Sequence record: NC_010537.1
DNA: 41,172 nucleotides
Reading direction: 5' to 3' (one strand)
In this document: one piece after another, positions 7,505 to 15,235 of the stretch
Position numbering within the stretch: the first letter of the stretch is position 1
Layout of the letters: every line of letters begins with the position of its first letter
The notes under the pieces: generated by a model
Databases searched by the model: none
Told to the model about the DNA's origin: nothing
What the model saw: the letters and a program-made list of their open reading frames with translations, nothing else
Program-made: the position numbers and the translations under genes

Positions 7505-7524
7505 TTTATATAAATCTTTTTCTC
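7505..7524 (-). promoter_or_regulatory. Identical 20-bp promoter GAGAAAAAGATTTATATAAA, copy 1
   Basis: Exact match with 7888-7907 and 8335-8354. Confidence 0.85.
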
Positions 7525-7596
7525 GATTAATAGAACCATAAATGAAAGAAGTAGGAATAATATCAGAAAACTGAAAAAAATAGAGTAAAAAAAATA

Positions 7597-7866
7597 TTAA
7601 CTTGAGTGGAGTATAGAAGATAATAGAAGTAGAAGTACTTGTTTATCGTGTAGAAGTTTTAAGTTTATGTCTAGTAAATTTATTTTGTATTTCAATGTAT
7701 ATTTTATCATTAACGCTTTAAATTCACATTCATTGAAGCAAGTTGAAATGTATCTATTGATGTAAAACACTATTGTATTTTTATCTATTTCTGAAAATTT
7801 CGAAATTCTTTTTCCTAATGTTTCAATTTTCTCAAGCTCTTTTAACATATCATTCATATTCTTCAC
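7597..7866 (-). CDS. Hypothetical protein, up to 89 aa (GTG 7866 or ATG 7857)
   Basis: Directly downstream of promoter copy 2. Confidence 0.65.
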   Translation of the reverse strand: MKNMNDMLKELEKIETLGKRISKFSEIDKNTIVFYINRYISTCFNECEFKALMIKYTLKYKINLLDINLKLLHDKQVLLLLLSSILHSS

Positions 7867-7887
7867 TACTTACATTTTCGTTTTTCA

Positions 7888-7907
7888 TTTATATAAATCT
7901 TTTTCTC
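7888..7907 (-). promoter_or_regulatory. Identical 20-bp promoter, copy 2
   Basis: Exact repeat. Confidence 0.85.
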
Positions 7908-8001
7908 AGTTTAGAGAACGATTTTTTGTTTTGTGAACTTTTGAAAATGGATAGAAATATTATGAGAAAAGTGAGAAAAATTGTTGATAAAAAAAACGGG
8001 T

Positions 8002-8298
8002 TTAGAAATAAGCTAAGTAGTAATTTTCGATATCACAGATGTTTTCGTTTCTTCTTATTCTCTCTATTTCATTAACGTTTACATTTAGATGCATTTTTAG
8101 ATACAATACAGCGAAATCTATATCTTTATGTAGATACTTTTTTTCATCGCTGCAGAATAATATATTTTCTTCAATTATTGCATATCTCTTTTCAATATTT
8201 ATGAATATATGAATGTTTTCTAAACAAATCTTTTTGTTACATTTATTTATTAATTCATTCAATTCAAATTGTTTTATCTTGTTTTGCATACTTTTCAT
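8002..8298 (-). CDS. Hypothetical protein, 98 aa
   Basis: Downstream of promoter copy 3. Confidence 0.7.
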   Translation of the reverse strand: MKSMQNKIKQFELNELINKCNKKICLENIHIFINIEKRYAIIEENILFCSDEKKYLHKDIDFAVLYLKMHLNVNVNEIERIRRNENICDIENYYLAYF

Positions 8299-8334
8299 TA
8301 CTTTTATTTACGTTCTCGATTTGTGTTTCTGCAT

Positions 8335-8354
8335 TTTATATAAATCTTTTTCTC
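8335..8354 (-). promoter_or_regulatory. Identical 20-bp promoter, copy 3
   Basis: Exact repeat. Confidence 0.85.
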
Positions 8355-9219
8355 TAGAAAGAGAGCTTAGTATAATTCCTTTTATAATATAATGAATTAT
8401 ACTTTTTATCGTTCTCTTTTTAGATAACGTAAAAACGTTCTCTTTATAAAGGCATATTTTTTTCATAATTAGAAATTTTATCAGTTACAATAAATTTTTT
8501 GTCTGAAAACCAATTTATTACCTTAATTTAAGGTAACAACAAAGATTTCAAACAAAAAATCTAATGTTTCAGATATTATTTCGCTGATTAAATAAAATAT
8601 ATGGACGTGCATTATTCAATTATCATGAAGAAGATTTAAATTGAATTTTTCTCAAAAGCTGCAGTAAAAAAATTCAATTTTTATACACTGAAATAGTGTC
8701 AGTGTAATACTCCAAATTGGAAAAATTTCAGCTCAAAGATTTTTCGGATTGAAGCTATATTCTTCAGAAAAAATTTTTTCTTTAAAAACGTTTTTACGTC
8801 GTTCTTTTTCATGGATTTTAGGGAAAAGAAGGGGAAAAGTTGAAAATTAAGGGTTAAAAAAGTTTTCTAGTAAAATAACGTGTGGGGTTTAAAAAGATTT
8901 TTACAAAGGGGGTAAGAAAAATTGTACTTTCTTTCAATTTAACTAAGCTGATTCCAGGTCACTTAGTTTGAAATTTTTCACAACTAGGTGAATATTCTCA
9001 ATTGGTATTGAGTTGAAAATCTCAATTGAACCGTTTCTTATTAATTGAACGGAAACAAAGAGTTTATTATCTTTTATCTCAACGTTCAGAATTTTATATT
9101 CTTTCTTTATGAATAAAACATTATTGCGTATTACTATTTAAAGCGAAACTTTAGATATTACCAAATTGACTGAAATATTATCCAAAATTTGAGAAAAATA
9201 TCTAATAAAAAAATAATGA
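8355..9219. other. Long AT-rich ORF-free region (about 865 bp); candidate origin or regulatory region
   Basis: No ORF of 60 aa or more in the track; inverted repeats TACACTGA-N7-TCAGTGTA (8684-8706) and AACTAAG-N14-CTTAGTT (8941-8968). Confidence 0.5.
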
Positions 9220-10905
9220 TTAACGAATTTGAATTATTCCGGAATATTCGTTAATTACAAATTTTTCTCTTTTCATTTTCTGTTTGGCAAATATTTCGTG
9301 AGCGTAATTGATATCGAGAACATAGCCTTTTTCTTTTTGTTTCGCTGGACGCATTACTCTACCAATTCTTTGAATTAATTTGATTCTTGATTTTCCTTGA
9401 GATAACAATACTACTAGTCTTAAATTCGGAATATCAAGTCCTTCATCTGCTAGGGATGTGGAAATCAACACTTGGAGTTTTCCATTTTTCAAAGCTTCTA
9501 TTTTTTGTATTCTTTCTTCTAGATTTGTCTTACTCGACACCCAATCTGCATTAATTCCGGATTCATCGAACATTTTGGATAATAATTCAGCGTGTCTAAT
9601 TCTCCTAACAATAACAAGAGCTGGATATTTGTTCAACGAAATTATTTTTTGAATAATTTGTTTATTCGTATAAGGAGAGTTTTCAAACATTCTCAGTAGT
9701 GCTGAGTAAAATTTTGCAAAAGGTGAATCAGTATACATTAATTCTATGTTTTTTATTTTCTTTTCTATTTTCTCTGAAAGTTTTGGTTCAAATGAAATAT
9801 ATTCAATCGGTACTAAATATCTATTTTGCACTAATTCTGTATAATCTATTGTAAATGATATTTTTCCTAACAATCCCATAATTTCTAGTTCACGCCCGTC
9901 TTCTCTTAATGGAGTAGCAGAAAGTCCTAACCTTATTGAATTTGGTGAATCTAGAAGTAACGATTTTACAATATTAGCGGGTGTATGATGGGCCTCATCT
10001 ACTATTACTAAATCAGCGTTACTAATCAGTTCTTTTAGTTTCTCATTTTTATTTTGTTTTTTCTGAGAGTAATAGTAAGATATCGATAATGCTATTAAAT
10101 CACTTTTTTCTCCTTTTTGTAATTCATTTACTTCTCCTGAAACTAACACAAACGGCAAATCTTCTTTTTTAGCAAAATTCTGAAATTGTTTTAATAATGT
10201 GGTTGAATTTACAGCATATATTATTTTTGCATTACTTTTATTCTTTAGCATTTCCAATGCCGAAAGTATTGCAATCACAGATTTTCCAGACCCTGTAGGG
10301 GCTTTTATAACTCCATTACCTGTAATGTTAATATCATTTATCCATGCTTTAATACTATTAATTTGGTAACTTCTCATTTCAAAGTTCTTTAGTTGAATTT
10401 CGTGGAATTGTAAATTAGTAAACGGCTTCACTTTAATATTAGTAATTGTTGATAATTTCCAATATAATCCTCTAAAAGTAGCAAAATTATTTTGTCTTTG
10501 CCAGGCTAGTAGCACTGGAGTCTCAATGTATTGACCTTGAATATGGTCAAATGTTTTGATTTTATATGTTAATAGTTCTTTATATTTTGATAGGTCATCA
10601 TAAACTATTAGATAATTTCCTTTTATTTCGCCATAGACATAATTATTTTTATCTTTGATATAGTCACTTAATACATCATAAACAATATCTCCTAGATAAT
10701 CTTTTAATCTATCAACAGTTTCCCTTATCATTTCTTTATCAGTTATCGCCAATTTTCTTTCATTAAGATACCATTTTTTGTTTTGAGGGTCAAAATTAGC
10801 AATTATTTTTACTAATGATATATAGTCTTGAAACTCATCTCTTGATAAAAATCTACTTGGACTAGGTAAATAGATTTTATCCAAATTTTGAGATTTATCA
10901 TTCAT
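9220..10905 (-). CDS. SF2 XPB/Rad25-like helicase, 561 aa
   Basis: APTGSGKS, DEAHH, GLSATPLREDG, TSLADEGLDIP and QRIGRVMR motifs; N-terminal ANFDPQNKKW (HARP-like). Confidence 0.95.
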   Translation of the reverse strand: MNDKSQNLDKIYLPSPSRFLSRDEFQDYISLVKIIANFDPQNKKWYLNERKLAITDKEMIRETVDRLKDYLGDIVYDVLSDYIKDKNNYVYGEIKGNYLIVYDDLSKYKELLTYKIKTFDHIQGQYIETPVLLAWQRQNNFATFRGLYWKLSTITNIKVKPFTNLQFHEIQLKNFEMRSYQINSIKAWINDINITGNGVIKAPTGSGKSVIAILSALEMLKNKSNAKIIYAVNSTTLLKQFQNFAKKEDLPFVLVSGEVNELQKGEKSDLIALSISYYYSQKKQNKNEKLKELISNADLVIVDEAHHTPANIVKSLLLDSPNSIRLGLSATPLREDGRELEIMGLLGKISFTIDYTELVQNRYLVPIEYISFEPKLSEKIEKKIKNIELMYTDSPFAKFYSALLRMFENSPYTNKQIIQKIISLNKYPALVIVRRIRHAELLSKMFDESGINADWVSSKTNLEERIQKIEALKNGKLQVLISTSLADEGLDIPNLRLVVLLSQGKSRIKLIQRIGRVMRPAKQKEKGYVLDINYAHEIFAKQKMKREKFVINEYSGIIQIR

Positions 10906-10924
10906 GTTTTCTCATTATTATATA

Positions 10925-10943
10925 AGAAAAAGATTTATATAAA
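10925..10943. promoter_or_regulatory. AGAAAAAGATTTATATAAA (plus orientation); its palindromic TATA could also serve the minus-strand helicase gene
   Basis: 19 of 20 nt of the repeated promoter; TTTATATAAA is self-complementary. Confidence 0.6.
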
Positions 10944-10948
10944 TGTTT

Positions 10949-12010
10949 TTAGAATTCGAATATCTTTGTCTCTTTGTCAAGATTGTATAGAAATTTATAG
11001 ACAGACTTTATAGGATATTTCAATGTAATTGCAGGCAGTCTCATGCACCATAATGTATTTTTATAATCTACTCCACACAAATATGATTCGTTGTCAGGTT
11101 CAATAAACTTTAACAGAACCTGGTTTACGTTATCGTAATCATAGTCTTGAAGTACTATAATTCTGAAATCAGGGAAACGCCCGCCTGTTAGTCTGCGATA
11201 ATCAGGCTCTATTAAATTCGTGAACGTGAAGATTGGAAATTCGTTGAATTTGTCTAAGATTCTCAGCATTTTCGATAATGCTTTTTTCTGTAAGTCATCA
11301 AACGTTTGTATATAACTTAGATGCTCTTTTATATCATAATCATGGGGATTTCTCAGTTTCATTATCCCTTTCTTTATTAACATTCTGAAGAATTGATATT
11401 CAATTTTTATATTCCTCATCTTCACTTTAGCAAAATACGGCATTCTGTGTTCTAAATTCCCAAACCTTTCTTTCAATTCCTTATATGGAATCCCGTTAAT
11501 TTTATGTAGATATAAGATATCGCCGTATATCGGATAGCCGTATTCCGATTCCGGTAACTCTTTTTCTTCTAAATCCGGTAACGTTAGATAATATCTTTTT
11601 ACTTTTCTTATTATTTCAAGTTCAATGTTTGGTTTATTTCTCCTTATTACAACGCCGAAATTCTTGAAATTGAAATAAGCTTTTCCTTTGAAAAACAATA
11701 TGTAATAAATTCTTAGTTTTCCTTTAAAACCGGCTGTAAAATTTTCTAATCTTCTCCTTTCTGCAATTGTTTGGAATTTGCTAATATTAAACCTTACAAT
11801 AAATTTCCTATTGCATTTTTTCTCAATCTCTATTTTATTGTGGTATAAATACATATAAATGATATTTTCGTTTAATTTGTGTAGGATATATTCGTAATCT
11901 TTCAATCTATAGTTTTTCTTAAAAACATATTCCACTTTTTCACTAAATTTATCGAAATTTATTATTATGTTCATAAGATATTTGATTTTTTCATCTTCTT
12001 TCCTGAACAT
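10949..12010 (-). CDS. Hypothetical protein, 353 aa
   Basis: Long ORF; shares a 16-bp upstream/start sequence with the XPB-like helicase gene. Confidence 0.85.
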   Translation of the reverse strand: MFRKEDEKIKYLMNIIINFDKFSEKVEYVFKKNYRLKDYEYILHKLNENIIYMYLYHNKIEIEKKCNRKFIVRFNISKFQTIAERRRLENFTAGFKGKLRIYYILFFKGKAYFNFKNFGVVIRRNKPNIELEIIRKVKRYYLTLPDLEEKELPESEYGYPIYGDILYLHKINGIPYKELKERFGNLEHRMPYFAKVKMRNIKIEYQFFRMLIKKGIMKLRNPHDYDIKEHLSYIQTFDDLQKKALSKMLRILDKFNEFPIFTFTNLIEPDYRRLTGGRFPDFRIIVLQDYDYDNVNQVLLKFIEPDNESYLCGVDYKNTLWCMRLPAITLKYPIKSVYKFLYNLDKETKIFEF

Positions 12011-12049
12011 GTTTTCTCATTATAATGTATAAGCAAAAGTTTATAAGTT

Positions 12050-12061
12050 TGTGATATCACA
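12050..12061. promoter_or_regulatory. Perfect 12-bp palindrome TGTGATATCACA between divergent genes (candidate operator)
   Basis: Lies between TATA (12040-12047) and ATG 12073. Confidence 0.55.
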
Positions 12062-12072
12062 TTTTTAGATGA

Positions 12073-12426
12073 ATGAAAATGAGCATGCAAGTCCAGATTC
12101 AAAAATTAAACGAAAAAATTGATTTTTTAATGAGTTCAATGTATGATAGGTATGATTTAACAAATCTGATAAGACAAGGACAAAGATTCATGATAAGGCA
12201 AGGTGACTTAATAGTAGCAAACTATGAGATATACAACCGTAGACAAAGGGGATTAACATACGCTAGAATGGTTGGGCGTGAGAACATATATACATTTATG
12301 ATGACACATCAGATAATTGATTTGGGAAATGAGACAGTACTTATACACCCTGAACACGGAATCGTTATTATTCCTGAGAAGTTAGAGAATCTCAACTTTT
12401 ATACGTTCAGAGAGAACGCTGATTAA
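12073..12426 (+). CDS. Hypothetical protein, 117 aa, with RQGD...H...HPEHG motif
   Basis: Motif order resembles a small phage protein family (QGD...HxH...HEEH); function unknown. Confidence 0.8.
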   Translation: MKMSMQVQIQKLNEKIDFLMSSMYDRYDLTNLIRQGQRFMIRQGDLIVANYEIYNRRQRGLTYARMVGRENIYTFMMTHQIIDLGNETVLIHPEHGIVIIPEKLENLNFYTFRENAD

Positions 12427-12432
12427 AAAAAG

Positions 12433-12717
12433 TTATTTTTTTATTGTTTCCATTATTATTTGATACTTACTTTTCCCTAGTTTTCGGGCTAGTTCTTCAA
12501 GTCTCTTGTTTTCCTCATCATAAATTATTATGAAAACGGGTTTGGGTATATTATCTCTCATCCTTTTCATGTCATGGCTTTTTTTCGAATTGTATATTTT
12601 TACCCCGTATTTTTTCTCAATTTCTTTTAAAACACATTCTCTAAACGAATTGTATTCTTCACATAATTCCTCTAGTTTGAAATAATATTTTATAGGCACC
12701 CTTACCGAGTATATCAT
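12433..12717 (-). CDS. Tandem ribbon-helix-helix DNA-binding protein, 94 aa
   Basis: ATG 12717 with GGTGAG RBS; YSVRVPIKYYFKLEELC and IIIYDEENKRLEELARKLGKSKYQII. Confidence 0.75.
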   Translation of the reverse strand: MIYSVRVPIKYYFKLEELCEEYNSFRECVLKEIEKKYGVKIYNSKKSHDMKRMRDNIPKPVFIIIYDEENKRLEELARKLGKSKYQIIMETIKK

Positions 12718-12763
12718 TTTCTCACCGTATATAATTAGCACGTATTCATTTATATATTTCTTT

Positions 12764-12780
12764 GAGAAAAATTTATATAC
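12764..12780 (+). promoter_or_regulatory. Promoter GAGAAAAATTTATATAC for leaderless acrIII-1
   Basis: TATA centred about 26 nt before ATG 12802; resembles the 20-bp repeated promoter. Confidence 0.7.
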
Positions 12781-12801
12781 TTCTTTAACGCTCTATCTCA
12801 T

Positions 12802-13170
12802 ATGCTATATGTCCTTAATTCCGCAACCCTTCCCTTGAAGCCGGGGAAGGAGTACATGATAAGAGCAAGGGAATTAACGATAGAAGAGGCTAAGGAGTTA
12901 TTAAGTACTGAACCTTACGTATCGGCAGTTGGACACGAAGCTACAGCTGTAGCTTTAAGTAATATATTCGGCGTAACAATACCATACAACAGAACTCAGA
13001 TATTCCTAGACAAAGGCGATAAATTGCTTTCTATTATATTGAAGAAGAGACTAGAAGAGGGTAAGGTTATAAAGACCGTTGAGGAGCTTCAGCAGGTAGG
13101 TTATTCGATATGGCTTTTTGAAGTAGAGCCTGATGGACAGAAAGAATTAGGTAACCCCGGGATTGTTTAG
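12802..13170 (+). CDS. acrIII-1: AcrIII-1 anti-CRISPR ring nuclease (DUF1874; AFV3-109/STIV B116 family)
   Basis: MLYVLNS start, SAVGHEATA (catalytic GH), YNRTQI and KKRLEEG motifs. Confidence 0.92.
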   Translation: MLYVLNSATLPLKPGKEYMIRARELTIEEAKELLSTEPYVSAVGHEATAVALSNIFGVTIPYNRTQIFLDKGDKLLSIILKKRLEEGKVIKTVEELQQVGYSIWLFEVEPDGQKELGNPGIV

Positions 13171-13469
13171 GCTAAAAGTAAAATTTCATTTTTTATCAAT
13201 TGGTTTATACTTATTCCCCTTTTCCTCAGCTCATTTTTTATCAGTATCTCATTCTCTTTCCTTAACTTTACTTGTAATCTAACGTATTCCTTTTCACCTA
13301 CTTTAATTACCTCATTCTCAATTTCCTTCCTCTTATAGCTTCTAGTATTGTCCTCTAATCCGAAATATTCCACAAGTAGCTCTCTGATTATGCCCGGTAT
13401 ACTTATTCCTCTTTTCTCGGCTTCTTCTTTTAATTTATCGTAAACCGATTTTTCAACCAGAACGTTCAT
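13167..13469 (-). CDS. avtR: AvtR-like double-RHH transcription regulator, 100 aa
   Basis: Two RHH units; EYFGLEDNTRSYKR linker and size match AFV6 AvtR as recalled; divergent partner gene present. Confidence 0.8.
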   Translation of the reverse strand: MNVLVEKSVYDKLKEEAEKRGISIPGIIRELLVEYFGLEDNTRSYKRKEIENEVIKVGEKEYVRLQVKLRKENEILIKNELRKRGISINQLIKNEILLLA

Positions 13470-13557
13470 TTTACCTTCAGATATATTTTATTTTATCACA
13501 AACTTAAAAGGCTTGTATTACCCCAAATTTTAAAAATGTGTTATCATATTTCTTATT

Positions 13558-13848
13558 ATGGCGTTAAGAGTTATCAGTTTTAGGGTAAGTGATAATATTA
13601 TTCAATTTCTCAGACAAAGAAAAAGTTTTTTACAAACATATGATGAAATAATAAATAAACTTGTTACAGAATGTGCTGAACTTGTTCCTAAGGTCAATGA
13701 TTTTAGTATTGAATCACTGTCTGTGCAAACTTTCAAATTATCACAATATACGATTGAAAGGCTCGATTTTCTGTCCAAGTACTACGGCATGACACGTTCT
13801 GAAGTGTTTAGAAAATTGGTTTTAGCAAAGGCTGAGGGGTTATGTTAA
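13558..13848 (+). CDS. Tandem RHH protein, 96 aa (divergent partner of avtR)
   Basis: VISFRVSDNIIQFL and QTFKLSQYTIERLDFLSKYYGMTRSEVFRKL. Confidence 0.75.
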   Translation: MALRVISFRVSDNIIQFLRQRKSFLQTYDEIINKLVTECAELVPKVNDFSIESLSVQTFKLSQYTIERLDFLSKYYGMTRSEVFRKLVLAKAEGLC

Positions 13849-14235
13849 TTGCTCAGGTTGTAAAGAAGGGGTGGTACATAGACTTTAAGGTGGACAAACT
13901 TGACGACATCCCGGCAAGATATATACCATACATTAGATCAATCGGCGAAGAGAAATACGGGACAAACAGTGTGTGTTACATTATCATTCGATTACGACGA
14001 GTGGAGCCACCCGCTTTTCGTGGAAGCAACTGGTTGCTTACCGCTGGACGGGAAGAAGGAGAGCGAGTTGATAAAGGAAATAGAGGAGGAGTTGGAAGAC
14101 CAGCTTCTGGATTTATTCGGCATTCAGGTTTTGGCATTGCTGACGGACGAGGGGATATGGTATGGTGGTGTTCCGGGGTTCAGAATAACGTGGTATCACC
14201 GATACCCGGGCGACGGGGACGAATATACATGGTAG
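13842..14235 (+). pseudogene. Frameshifted gene of about 131 aa: N-terminus in the 13842 frame, acidic C-terminus in the 13900 frame, breakpoint at (GT)4 13969-13976
   Basis: GAGGGG RBS before ATG 13842; one extra GT gives ...GTNSVCVTLSFDYDEW...; the frame-A continuation is atypically G/R-rich. Confidence 0.6.
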
Positions 14236-14600
14236 ACGTTAGGCAGATATTGAAAATTGACATTGACGTTTCTGTCAATTATTATGACCCTAATTGGCTC
14301 CTTGAAAAGAAGTCACAACAATTGCGTGCTTTGGGATACGATTACGATGACGCTTGGTGGGAATATTCGCCTTCCGGAAAACATATCCATATTCTCATAA
14401 TCCTAAAAGACCCTGTTACAGTTAAGGAGTTATTCGATTTACAATTTCTCCTAGGGGATGACCCTAAACGGGTTGAATTTAACTATTTGCGTTATTCGGT
14501 GATGGGTGAGGATGCGATACATTTTAACGTGCTTTATACGTATAAGAAAAAGCTGAGTTTGAAAGATAAAATTAGGACTATAATAAGGCATTATTTTTAG
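14229..14600 (+). CDS. rep: Rudivirus ORF119-like HUH-superfamily Rep protein, 123 aa
   Basis: LKIDID, LGY, SPSGKHIHI, DLQFLLGDD, FNYLR and FNVLY match the recalled SIRV Rep pattern; ATG overlaps the upstream stop. Confidence 0.7.
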   Translation: MVDVRQILKIDIDVSVNYYDPNWLLEKKSQQLRALGYDYDDAWWEYSPSGKHIHILIILKDPVTVKELFDLQFLLGDDPKRVEFNYLRYSVMGEDAIHFNVLYTYKKKLSLKDKIRTIIRHYF

Positions 14601-14803
14601 GAATTAGCTACTATAAATACTAAATTCTTTTTTTCCTTCAATTCATCTACTATTTTTTTGCATTCTGTTTCATTTCTACAATACCGAAAAAAATGCAATG
14701 ATGGTGATATTACATAATATAATTTGCCCGGTATTTCTTCAACTATTGCCCATCTCGCTTTTATATTATTTTTTCCAGCCCACCCTTCTTCTATTATCCT
14801 CAT
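14597..14803 (-). CDS. Hypothetical protein, 68 aa
   Basis: ATG; convergent 4-bp overlap with rep. Confidence 0.7.
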   Translation of the reverse strand: MRIIEEGWAGKNNIKARWAIVEEIPGKLYYVISPSLHFFRYCRNETECKKIVDELKEKKNLVFIVANS

Positions 14804-14860
14804 ATCTATATATTTCTCGTGGACACAAAATTTAAATATTTTGTATCCAAAGTTATATGC

Positions 14861-15229
14861 ATGGAAGAAGAAGAAAATAAACAGGAGGAAGAAATAACCT
14901 TACCCGAGCCAAGTAATAAATCGGAAACTGAGAGAATTTTAGAAGAAACAGTGAACGAAATAGAGAGCGTTTTGCCTAAGAATGTTACTTACGTAACAGG
15001 GATAATAACGGATGACGAGATGAATTTACTCATTATTAAGGACGGTAAAGTGTATGTAGGCAAGGATGAAAAAAATGCTAAGCCGGTTCTTGACTATGCT
15101 AAAGATGCTAACCCCGGGTATCTAATAAACGCTCTGTATTTGCTGAAAGCACAGTTACCTCAGTATCTAGAGCTATGGTCTGGTAAATTAGAGGCAGAAG
15201 CGAGGAAAAAACTAAGCGATATATTTTAA
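14861..15229 (+). CDS. Hypothetical acidic protein, 122 aa
   Basis: TATA TTTAAATA 14831-14838 supports a leaderless ATG at 14861 rather than GTG 14819. Confidence 0.75.
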   Translation: MEEEENKQEEEITLPEPSNKSETERILEETVNEIESVLPKNVTYVTGIITDDEMNLLIIKDGKVYVGKDEKNAKPVLDYAKDANPGYLINALYLLKAQLPQYLELWSGKLEAEARKKLSDIF

Positions 15230-15235
15230 GAAAGA

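Noticed and set aside
7505-8354. Repeated 20-mers as a mini-CRISPR array
   Set aside because: Spacing is 383-447 bp with a full ORF between copies, and the repeat is a BRE+TATA promoter
13842-14600. The 252-aa ORF as one conserved protein
   Set aside because: The middle 84 aa have atypical G/R-rich composition while the overlapping +1 frame looks like a real protein, and Rep has its own overlapping ATG at 14229. Treated as a frameshift product.
14229-14600. AEP primase-polymerase interpretation (DxD, SxxGxH, GDD)
   Set aside because: Too short for an AEP catalytic domain, and the LQFLLGDD/FNYLR pattern fits rudivirus Rep better. Kept only as the refuting alternative.
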